Source: an uncultured Candidatus Saccharibacteria bacterium
Lineage (GTDB): Bacteria > Patescibacteriota > Minisyncoccia > Phycocordibacterales > SBAW01
Reading direction: 5' to 3'
DNA: 64,000 nt
Assembly: GCA_964566795.1 (NCBI GenBank)
Contig: CAZMIU010000001.1
Coordinates: 333,091 to 397,090, forward strand
Of the stretch, positions 19,607 through 28,078 are shown one piece after another. Each line of letters begins with the position of its first letter. Positions within the stretch are counted from its first letter, which is position 1. Under the pieces are notes generated by a model. The model was not told the DNA's origin. It searched no databases and saw only the letters and a list, made by a program, of their open reading frames with translations. Position numbers and translations under genes: made by a program.

Positions 19607-22216
19607 TTACCGGATATTGAGCTTCTGCATACGTTTCCTCAATGCTTCTTGGCCGCCCTCTAGTATCCTTATGATGTCACTCCTCCTGTCGGAGTTTTCT
19701 ATAGACCCAGTGGCGTAGGCAAAGTCGTACTTCCCGTTCGCCACTCTTTTAATGTCTGAGGCGACAATGTTCTCAGAGTCCGCACATATAACGAGGCTGG
19801 CATTGTGTGTGACGACTATTATCTGCCTTTCCTCTTTTTCCGACTTAACGAAATTGACCAAGTCAGTGGCTACCCCGCCTACATCGAGATCATCTTCAGG
19901 CTGGTCGATAAGGATTGGATATTTTTCGTCGTCAAATCGGAATATGAGCTCAAGCAGGGCTATTGCCTTTTGTCCGCCCGTCATATCCTTAAAGTGCGTT
20001 TCTCCCCCTTTCGTCTTCACTGAGTTAAGGTAGTCGATCTCATATCTGTTCCGGAGAAGCTGCGAGAGCACGGACGATAGATCGCCCGCTTCTACTTTTG
20101 TCCTAATCTTGCCGTCGACAAGTCCGACCACTATTTTCTTTACAGCTTGCTTACTCAACGGCACCGGGGCGTCGCCAAAAAGAGCCTTAATATCCCCGTC
20201 ACCCTTAAGGGCGGGGTCAGAATCCCGAGTGTTTATATTCCTTTCGACAAAAAGTTTGAGTTGGTCGGTATTGTATTTTGCGGATACCTCGATTTTAAGG
20301 AATGAGAACTTTTCGTCGAATTTGATTGTCTTGTAGATAGACTCCTGCTGGGCGTCAAAGTCCGCGTACGAATCTACAAGATCCTCAATGGCCTTATCCC
20401 GTTGCTGTTTCGCCTTCTCAAGCTTCTCGGTAAGGTCTTTAATCTTGTCCTGCAACTCCTGAAGTGAGGAGAGTTCTTTCGTAAGGTCGTCGAGGGCCTT
20501 ACTTTTCTTAATCTTGTCTTCCAGAGCTTTTACGACTTTTCCCTGCTCAGAGATTTCGGCTTCTGCTTCCTTAATCTGCTTGTCGATCCTCCCTATTTCG
20601 TCGGCGATGAGCTTTTTAAGGCTCTCTTTGCTCTTCTTGCTCAATTCCTCCCGGATCAACTCCTGCCGCGCCGCCGAGAGTAAGCTGAATTCCTGATCGG
20701 AAATGAAGATGCTAGCGCCGGTTTTTTGGAGCGACGACAGAATCTCCTTGTCTTGCTTCAGCACATCAACTGCCTTGGTGCCGTTTGATACTGCTTTTTG
20801 GGCTTGCGAATACTTCTGTATTTCTTGGCTGGTAAGCCGGGAATTGCCCGAGCCCTTGTACTTGCCTATCTGCGTGTTCTTCTTTTTTACTTCCTCATCG
20901 ATCTCTTTCTTCGATCCCTGCTTTTTCAGAGCAGCCTCGGTCTCCTTGATCCTGGAATCTGCCGTTATCAGCTTTTCGATAACGCCCTCAATCTTCACCC
21001 TATTCTTCGAGACAAAATTCTCGTAAGCCTGCACCGCGTTCGCAAACCTAGTATTTTTCTTAAGCAGTTTAGTGAGGAACACGTCGCGTTCGCCGGTCTT
21101 TTCGCCATCGTCATATGCCAAAGCGCTCAAGTAGTTCTGTGGGATGTAGAAAATACTTTTAGGGCTTTCCTCGGTGCCGCCGTTCTTCTGTCCATCGCCC
21201 CATACCACTTCGAAGCTGCCCAATGGATAGGGACTGCGCTTTTCTTTATCATTGAATTCTGTAGGATCTATCTTTTGGGCCGTATTCCTCAAAAGGGTCG
21301 ATTTGCCGCTGCCGCGGACACCGATGATCGAGTTGAGGTCTTTATTGAAGTAGACCACCCTTTTATCTCCGGACGATGTCTTGTAAGTTACATGGTCAAT
21401 GACAACCCTGCCGGTCTTAGCCTCGCCCGGATCCCTCTCCTGAATCCGCACCCGGTCTCGTGGCTCGTACAGCGCCTCCTTTAACCCCAGGAAGGTCGTA
21501 TCAGCTTTTATCCATGTAAAGCCGGATCCTATTGTGGATTTTTGATGGGTGTCGGAGCAAAAGAAGACCGGCTTTGGCTCTGCGTCCTTGTAGCGGTCAG
21601 TCTTAAGAAAAAAGTCGGTGTCTTCCTTTTTGCCAAACAACGCATCGGTTTTCTTATCGATTACAACTGCGAGGTTGTTTCCTCGTCCGTCATCCTGCGC
21701 CGACGGCCGGTAGCTGCCGTCGCCGCGCGGACAGGCCACAAGGATATAGTCCTCAAGGTGCTTAATATCCTTATCTTGCTCAAGCGCGGTTTTGAGCGAG
21801 TCAAATGCGATAGAGGTATTTTTTATCTCGGTAGGCGTTAGATCCTTGCAGTACTTGTCATCAATGGTCTTAAGCCTTCCGAGGAATCCTTGGATTTTTG
21901 CCGGAGACACTTGCTCGGAGAAAATGACGTGGATGTGCATCTCCTCGTTATCCTTATTTTGAGGCTGTGTCCTAAACTCAAGATTTGGAAGCACTGTTAT
22001 GCCCTTTGCCTTGAGCATCGCCCCAATATTCTCTAGTTCGTCCTCCGCGAAGTGGAAGTAATTGGTCATGCCGACTACGGCAATATCTTTTGCGACAAGT
22101 TCAGCCACAAACTCGTCGGCGGTGCACCCGTCATATTTATTGGCCAAAAAGGTCTGCGGCGTGTGCACGTGCAAATCCCATTTCCGCCACTCTGTGCCTC
22201 GTTCGTGCTTATTCAT
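19607..22216 (-). CDS. PHP phosphoesterase-SMC/ABC ATPase fusion (TrlF/Ppl-like)
   Basis: WRKWDLHVHTP, SDTH, GVRGSGKS, coiled coil, MTGGQ, IDQPEDDLD, VTHN. Confidence 0.85.
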   Translation of the reverse strand: MNKHERGTEWRKWDLHVHTPQTFLANKYDGCTADEFVAELVAKDIAVVGMTNYFHFAEDELENIGAMLKAKGITVLPNLEFRTQPQNKDNEEMHIHVIFSEQVSPAKIQGFLGRLKTIDDKYCKDLTPTEIKNTSIAFDSLKTALEQDKDIKHLEDYILVACPRGDGSYRPSAQDDGRGNNLAVVIDKKTDALFGKKEDTDFFLKTDRYKDAEPKPVFFCSDTHQKSTIGSGFTWIKADTTFLGLKEALYEPRDRVRIQERDPGEAKTGRVVIDHVTYKTSSGDKRVVYFNKDLNSIIGVRGSGKSTLLRNTAQKIDPTEFNDKEKRSPYPLGSFEVVWGDGQKNGGTEESPKSIFYIPQNYLSALAYDDGEKTGERDVFLTKLLKKNTRFANAVQAYENFVSKNRVKIEGVIEKLITADSRIKETEAALKKQGSKKEIDEEVKKKNTQIGKYKGSGNSRLTSQEIQKYSQAQKAVSNGTKAVDVLKQDKEILSSLQKTGASIFISDQEFSLLSAARQELIREELSKKSKESLKKLIADEIGRIDKQIKEAEAEISEQGKVVKALEDKIKKSKALDDLTKELSSLQELQDKIKDLTEKLEKAKQQRDKAIEDLVDSYADFDAQQESIYKTIKFDEKFSFLKIEVSAKYNTDQLKLFVERNINTRDSDPALKGDGDIKALFGDAPVPLSKQAVKKIVVGLVDGKIRTKVEAGDLSSVLSQLLRNRYEIDYLNSVKTKGGETHFKDMTGGQKAIALLELIFRFDDEKYPILIDQPEDDLDVGGVATDLVNFVKSEKEERQIIVVTHNASLVICADSENIVASDIKRVANGKYDFAYATGSIENSDRRSDIIRILEGGQEALRKRMQKLNIR

Positions 22217-22554
22217 AAAATTAAGGCCTCAGCCTTACCCGCTACATTACCACTTTTCCCAAGAAAAAACGCCTGTCTCAAAAAAGCGCAAAAGTATGGA
22301 GATAGTTGGAAGTATTTGCAATTGACGACGTGCTTTTTAGGTTTTCGGATACAAAAATTCATCTAAAAATGCTCAAAATGAGCGTTTTTGATTGTAAATT
22401 TTTGCGGTACTGTCGCGCTCGTGCTACAATTGAAATTAATAACGGTAACTGGTCCGATACACGAGACCTAACATAACCGGCACAATCTCCGATCGCGACG
22501 CCGTCGATCACGCGGGACCGCCAACACTATCAGTTCGTTAACAACAGAATAGTT

Positions 22555-23838
22555 ATGGCAAACGTATCTATCAAGTACGTCTCTATCGACGTGCTTAAAC
22601 CCGCGGCGTATAACCCGCGCAAGATCTCGCCAGAGGCCCTGGCGCAGCTCAAAGAGAGTATCGCCAAGTACTCTGTGGTCGACCCGTTAATCGTCAACTC
22701 CGCTCCCAAGCGCAAAAACGTGGTCATTGGGGGCCATATGCGCCTTAGGGCGGCCAAAGAGCTCGGGCACAAGGAGATACCGGTCGTGTATCTCAATATC
22801 CCCGACATCAAGAGGGAGAAAGAGCTCAATCTTCGCCTGCACAAGAACATGGGCGAATTCGACTTCGATCTCCTCAAAAAGCTCGATTTCGACCTCTTGC
22901 TCGATGTAGGGTTCGACAAGGACGCTCTCAACGACATCTGGGCAGAGCAGCTTAAATCGCGCTCCGATGCCTTCGATGTCGATAAGGAGCTCAAGAGCAT
23001 CAAGAAGCCGCAGACGCGGCTGGGCGACCTCATACTCCTCGGCCCGCACAAGCTCTTGTGCGGCGACTCGACCAAGCCCGAGAACTTAGAGCACCTGCTC
23101 GGCGACGAAAAGGCGGCGATGATATTCAGCGATCCCAAGTACAACATCAAGTTGGACTACAACGGCGGGGTCGGCGGCAAGAAGTCCTACGGCGGCAAAG
23201 TCGACGATAACCTATCCGACGAGAAGTACCGCGACTTCCTCAAGGCCAGCATGGAGGCAGCACTCGCGGTCACGCAAGAGGACGCGCATATCCTGTACTG
23301 GTGCGATCAGACCTATATCTGGCTCGTGCAATGCCTCTACCGCGACCTCGGCATTGCCAATAAAAGAGTTTGCATCTGGCTCAAGAATGGCCAGAACCCT
23401 ACCCCGGGCGTAGCCTTCTCCAAGTGCTACGAGCCCTGCGTATATGGCGTGCGCGGCAAGCCGTACCTCAATAAGAAGCTGACTAAGCTCAATGAGGTGC
23501 TCAACGCCGACACGACAACGGGCAACAGCCTGCTAAGCGAATCGCTCGACCACCTGGATGTATGGGCGGTCAATCGCGTGCCCGGCAAGGACATGGAGCA
23601 CGCGACCTCGAAGCCTCCGGCACTGTATGAGAAAGCGATAAGGCGCTGCACAAAGCAGGGAGACATAATCCTGGATTCCTTCTCCGGCTCGGGCAGCACA
23701 CTTATTGCGGGCGAGCAGACAGGCCGCAAGGTCTACGCGGTCGAGCTTGAGCCTATCTTTTGCGACCTCACCATTCGTCGATATGAAGCGCTAACAGGCA
23801 CAAAGGCCAAGATTATCCGCTCCGATGAAGAAGTCTAG
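22555..23838 (+). CDS. ParB-N domain DNA methyltransferase (N4/N6)
   Basis: YNPRK, IGGHMR, DPKY, HATSKP, DSFSGSGST. Confidence 0.92.
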   Translation: MANVSIKYVSIDVLKPAAYNPRKISPEALAQLKESIAKYSVVDPLIVNSAPKRKNVVIGGHMRLRAAKELGHKEIPVVYLNIPDIKREKELNLRLHKNMGEFDFDLLKKLDFDLLLDVGFDKDALNDIWAEQLKSRSDAFDVDKELKSIKKPQTRLGDLILLGPHKLLCGDSTKPENLEHLLGDEKAAMIFSDPKYNIKLDYNGGVGGKKSYGGKVDDNLSDEKYRDFLKASMEAALAVTQEDAHILYWCDQTYIWLVQCLYRDLGIANKRVCIWLKNGQNPTPGVAFSKCYEPCVYGVRGKPYLNKKLTKLNEVLNADTTTGNSLLSESLDHLDVWAVNRVPGKDMEHATSKPPALYEKAIRRCTKQGDIILDSFSGSGSTLIAGEQTGRKVYAVELEPIFCDLTIRRYEALTGTKAKIIRSDEEV

Positions 23839-24256
23839 GAGAAATCAGTTCCTGGACCAGCTCTGCACAATTCCTAATGTCTCGCTCGCGTGCGAGAAGA
23901 CAGGGCTATCTAGGAACACCATCTACCGGTGGCGCGGCGAGGACGAGGAGTTCAAGAAGGAAATGGACGCCGCGCTCAAAGCAGGTGTCGAGACCATCAA
24001 CGATTTGGCCGAGAGCAAGCTCATCAGCCACATCAACAACGGCAGCATGAGGGCTATCGAGTATTGGCTTACCAATCACAAGAAAGCTTATGTGCGCCCG
24101 AAGCCCAAGGACTTCTGGGACGATCTCTTGGGCAAGATTCCCGTCACCTCAATCAACATCCTGCCACCCCTGCCCCCTTCCCAGGCGCAGGCGGAGCACT
24201 TGGAGAAGATTCGCAAAGAGCGGGAGGAGGGGCAGCATGGATCAGTTAATCAGTAA
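23825..24256 (+). CDS. phage small-terminase-like HTH protein
   Basis: ACEKTGLSRNTIYRWR..F..DLAESKL. Confidence 0.7.
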   Translation: MKKSRRNQFLDQLCTIPNVSLACEKTGLSRNTIYRWRGEDEEFKKEMDAALKAGVETINDLAESKLISHINNGSMRAIEYWLTNHKKAYVRPKPKDFWDDLLGKIPVTSINILPPLPPSQAQAEHLEKIRKEREEGQHGSVNQ

Positions 24257-24270
24257 TCATTAACATAGTT

Positions 24271-24507
24271 ATGAGAAAAGGTGCTAAACCGGCTTCAAAG
24301 CCGACAGTCGAAGAATTAGAAGAGAGAATCCATAGGATCTATCACTTCCTTACTGATTGGGCCAACTCGCCCGATGCAGACGATTGGCTCCGCTACCATG
24401 TCATGGTAGCCGTCAGGATTCTGCATGGCGAGAGTCTTAAGGGGACCTTAATTCAGAACCTTAAGACAGGAGGGATTGAAGTCCTCAGCGACGATCACGA
24501 CCATTAG
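24271..24507 (+). CDS. hypothetical protein
   Basis: ORF continuing the operon. Confidence 0.55.
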   Translation: MRKGAKPASKPTVEELEERIHRIYHFLTDWANSPDADDWLRYHVMVAVRILHGESLKGTLIQNLKTGGIEVLSDDHDH

Positions 24508-24523
24508 CCACAAACCCCGCGAA

Positions 24524-25234
24524 CTATCGCGGGGTTTGTGTGTTATATGCCTGTCCTACATGCCACCTAAGGCGCTCATAGGAGCCAGTATCAAGCGCTC
24601 GTTGGCCACTGAGCATTGAGGAGAAGAATATCGGCACTTGTCCACTATCCAATTCAAGCCAATGAAAGCCGTGGTCCTCATCAAACGATAGTTTATCCGC
24701 AAAGTGCGCTCTTATTATCCCGCACGACCCTGCGTTAGACACTACTATTGCCTTGGGCCGTATCTCATTGAGAGCTTCGAGAAAGATATCGAGCTGATCG
24801 CGGCCAAACTCGTTGAGAGCCTTATCCTTGTCGCGTACAAGCTGGAGAAAATCATTTTGCTTCGTCTGCCGGTATACGAATAAGTCGATGTGCTGGAAAT
24901 GCGTCCTGCAGAGTTTCGCCATCTCATGCATACGCTTAAAGAACGCATACCCTTCCTTGACGAGCCTGCCGGAGCGCACAGAATCATCGACGCTGTTTGG
25001 ATTGGAGGCAAAATTGCTCCAGGAGTAAAAGGATCCAGGATCCCTCGTCTCGAATTCTGTGCCGCGCATAAGCTTACGGACTCCAACAGGATTAAACGAA
25101 GGGTTCATGCCGATAAACAGGATGCCGCCCTGTTTAAACTCGTCATAGAAGATAGGCGCGTATACTTCCTTGTTGTCGCTAAAATATTTCTTCCATACCG
25201 CAAGAATCTTGCGGTTTATTTTCTCATTAATCAC
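24524..25234 (-). CDS. uracil-DNA-glycosylase-like fold protein (tentative)
   Basis: ILFIGMNPS and IRPKAIVV match the UDG-superfamily layout. Confidence 0.5.
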   Translation of the reverse strand: MINEKINRKILAVWKKYFSDNKEVYAPIFYDEFKQGGILFIGMNPSFNPVGVRKLMRGTEFETRDPGSFYSWSNFASNPNSVDDSVRSGRLVKEGYAFFKRMHEMAKLCRTHFQHIDLFVYRQTKQNDFLQLVRDKDKALNEFGRDQLDIFLEALNEIRPKAIVVSNAGSCGIIRAHFADKLSFDEDHGFHWLELDSGQVPIFFSSMLSGQRALDTGSYERLRWHVGQAYNTQTPR

Positions 25235-25237
25235 TTG

Positions 25238-25383
25238 CTCTAGCGGGTTTTAGAGCGACGGAGTAAGCCCAAATCAAAAGGCTCCTGGCCATCGCGACAG
25301 AACCTTTCGGCCCTGCCCATAGCGGTTTCCCGATATGACCCGCTAGAGTGACTCTGACCAGGAGTCCTTTGATCTCTAGCGGG
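25238..25383 (-). ncRNA. candidate structured 5' leader RNA with mutually exclusive helices
   Basis: three CTCTAGCGGG boxes (two direct, one inverted) plus a second 16-nt inverted pair. Confidence 0.45.
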
Positions 25384-25507
25384 ATTTTCGACCTTGCCGC
25401 AACAGGATGTTACGGGGTAGGCCCTTTTATATAATTGTCCGTAATACGATGCTATGTATTACGCCCTTGATATTAACGCACATTTCTAAACCTGCTAAGG
25501 CCTCTTA

Positions 25508-25984
25508 CTAATGGGCGACGAATTGACTAGTCTGCATAGCAGTAGATACTTGATCGGGAGGATATATATCAAGCCCTAGTCCGATATTCAACTCAGTAAG
25601 TCTTTTAAGCAAGACGGGGTCAAAGACTAAACCACTGTTTGCCTCAATTTTAATACCAACGAAAAAATCTAGCTTCCCTCCACTATTATTTACTCTCTTA
25701 AATATTTCCTTATAAGGAGCAATCTTATCAAGGAACTTATTCAAAGCCATTTCAAGCGACTCGTTATCGCTATTTTCCCATTTTTCAAGAAAACTGAAAC
25801 CGAATTGGGATTCAGAATATTCACCAGAGAGAACCTTCCCTTTTTGGTCTTTCCGTGTCTTACCGACCTCCTTTAATCTTCCAATAATAATGCTCGGAAT
25901 TGCAGAAAGCCGTTCATGCTCCTCTTTCAAGTTTGAAGTAGGGTGTTTTACTCCCAAAGAAACTATGTATTCGTATGGATTCAT
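25508..25984 (-). CDS. DUF4279-like protein
   Basis: C-terminal LLKRLTELNIGLGLDIY. Confidence 0.6.
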   Translation of the reverse strand: MNPYEYIVSLGVKHPTSNLKEEHERLSAIPSIIIGRLKEVGKTRKDQKGKVLSGEYSESQFGFSFLEKWENSDNESLEMALNKFLDKIAPYKEIFKRVNNSGGKLDFFVGIKIEANSGLVFDPVLLKRLTELNIGLGLDIYPPDQVSTAMQTSQFVAH

Positions 25985-26114
25985 AACTTGATCTGTATCA
26001 AGACTTTGATACTAACGTATATCCCCATCCCTGCTAAGCCCTTATATGACCACGCGACGAATCCGCTAGTTTGCATAGCTATACAGGATTGACAGGTCTG
26101 GCATTAATGGTCAT

Positions 26115-27434
26115 ATGGAATTATCAACCAAAGTCCCTATAGGGACGGTAGTCCCATTATCAATAGAAAAAGTTAAGTACGCCCTGTATGCCCGCAAGTC
26201 GACCGAACAGGACGAGCGGCAAGCATTATCCATCGACTCCCAAATAAAGGAGATGTTGGCAGTAGCAGAGCGAGAGGATTTGGACATTATAGATATCCGG
26301 CGAGAATCCCATTCAGCAAAAGAATCAGGTCAAAGGCCAGTGTTTAAGGAACTGCTAGAAGACATAAGACGAGGCAGATTCAACGGGATACTTACCTGGA
26401 ATCCCGATCGCCTAAGCCGCAACGCAGGCGACCTTGGCTCCGTAGTAGACCTCATGGACCAAAAATTGCTAGTCGAAATCCGTACTTATGGGCAGCATTT
26501 CCGCAACTCGCCCAATGAGAAGTTCCTGCTCATGATTCTGTGTAGTCAGGCGAAGTTAGAGAACGATAATAAAAGCATTAATGTAAAGCGCGGCCTCAAG
26601 ACAAGGGTGGAAATGGGCCTATGGCCCTCTCCTGCTCCAACTGGATACTTAAAAGAAAAGAGGATGGACCGGAAATGCGAAACCATCATAGACCCCGCCA
26701 GGGCACCGGTCATCAAACAAATGTTTGAGAAGGTGGCCTACGAGAAATGGAGCGGCCGCAAAGTCTACAACTGGCTCAAGTTCGAGCTTAACTTCAAGAC
26801 CCCAGGCGGCAATAAAAACCTGACGCTCAGCAACGTCTATATGTTGCTCCAAAATCATTTTTACTACGGCGTATTTGAGTACCCCAAAAAGTCCGGCCGC
26901 TGGTATCAAGGCAAGCACGAACCTCTTATCACCAAAGAGCTATTCGATTTAGTCCAGACGCAAGTCAAAAGCCAGTTTGTAAGGGCTGAGAGCAAGGAGT
27001 TTGCCTTTACAAAACTTATGGAATGCGGCTTATGCGGCTCTGGTATTACCGCTGATGAGAAGTTCAAGAAGCAGAAGAATGGAAATACCCACCGGCATGT
27101 CTATTATGGATGCACAAAAGCGAGGGACAAGAATTGCAAAGGCGGGTATATAAACGAGGTGGTGCTGATTGAACAGTTTGTCGGGCTGATGGATACAATA
27201 GACCTAAACGAGATCGGGATCAAAGAAAAGATAAAAGCAGAGGTAGAGAGATTTAAGAAGTTTCAACAGTCAGTCCTAGGAGCCAAGGCCAAAATACAAG
27301 TAGCTGATATCGACATCCGCAATTACGCAAAATATCTTCTACAAGAAGGTGCCCCTATTGAAAAAAGAGAACTTCTATCTTGCCTCAAAAGTAAAATGCT
27401 ACTCAAAGAAAAGAACATATATTTAAGTCAGTAG
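26115..27434 (+). CDS. large serine recombinase
   Basis: YARKSTE, SIDSQ, DRLSRN, GKHEPLI, CGLCG..C..C zinc ribbon. Confidence 0.95.
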   Translation: MELSTKVPIGTVVPLSIEKVKYALYARKSTEQDERQALSIDSQIKEMLAVAEREDLDIIDIRRESHSAKESGQRPVFKELLEDIRRGRFNGILTWNPDRLSRNAGDLGSVVDLMDQKLLVEIRTYGQHFRNSPNEKFLLMILCSQAKLENDNKSINVKRGLKTRVEMGLWPSPAPTGYLKEKRMDRKCETIIDPARAPVIKQMFEKVAYEKWSGRKVYNWLKFELNFKTPGGNKNLTLSNVYMLLQNHFYYGVFEYPKKSGRWYQGKHEPLITKELFDLVQTQVKSQFVRAESKEFAFTKLMECGLCGSGITADEKFKKQKNGNTHRHVYYGCTKARDKNCKGGYINEVVLIEQFVGLMDTIDLNEIGIKEKIKAEVERFKKFQQSVLGAKAKIQVADIDIRNYAKYLLQEGAPIEKRELLSCLKSKMLLKEKNIYLSQ

Positions 27435-28078
27435 GACGTAAAAAGTTCTCTCTCCTTAGGAAAGAAATAAAGAGTTATGTGATAAATACCGTAAGTTATA
27501 AAAAAAGCCGCAAATATATCTATGCTGTAGTGCAGGTGTCCAAGCAAGGAAAACACACCTGAAAGTACCGACCAGCAAAGGAAAATATACCGCAATACTT
27601 TGTCCTGCCAGAACATCAAAGCCAAGAGGAAAGTAACTCCTGTATATCCGGAAAAGAAAAGGTCAGCCCCTCCAAACACCCTAGAAACAATAACTCCTGC
27701 ATCAAAGGATATTTGAGTTGGAAAGGGAGCTAAATGCGTCAGGGAGACAAAGATTGCCCGAATGAAATAGAAGATTGATAGGGCATAAAGCACAAACAGG
27801 ATGCGCTGCGGCCTAATAACGCATAGCCCAACAACAAAAACCACCAAGACAAAAGCGCTGTAGACGAAGAACCAGCCCACATCGAATACCGGTATATTCG
27901 AAAGGATTAGATCGGCAACTGCACTACTGGCATTCTTGCTTGCATACACTGCCGCATAGAGGTTAGAAGCTACACTTGCCATGAAGAGCGCTGTTGCGAC
28001 TAAGACTGACACGACAAAGCGTCTATTGAGACAAATTTTCCTATATCGTCCTAAGACACTGATAAACCACTGATTCAT
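27428..28078 (-). CDS. PAP2-related/sphingomyelin-synthase-like membrane protein
   Basis: DLFFSG(Y)TG and HYSIDI motifs. Confidence 0.8.
   Translation of the reverse strand: MNQWFISVLGRYRKICLNRRFVVSVLVATALFMASVASNLYAAVYASKNASSAVADLILSNIPVFDVGWFFVYSAFVLVVFVVGLCVIRPQRILFVLYALSIFYFIRAIFVSLTHLAPFPTQISFDAGVIVSRVFGGADLFFSGYTGVTFLLALMFWQDKVLRYIFLCWSVLSGVFSLLGHLHYSIDIFAAFFITYGIYHITLYFFPKERELFTSY

Noticed and set aside
22555-27434. Intact prophage
   Set aside because: No capsid, portal, large terminase, tail or lysis genes in the window.
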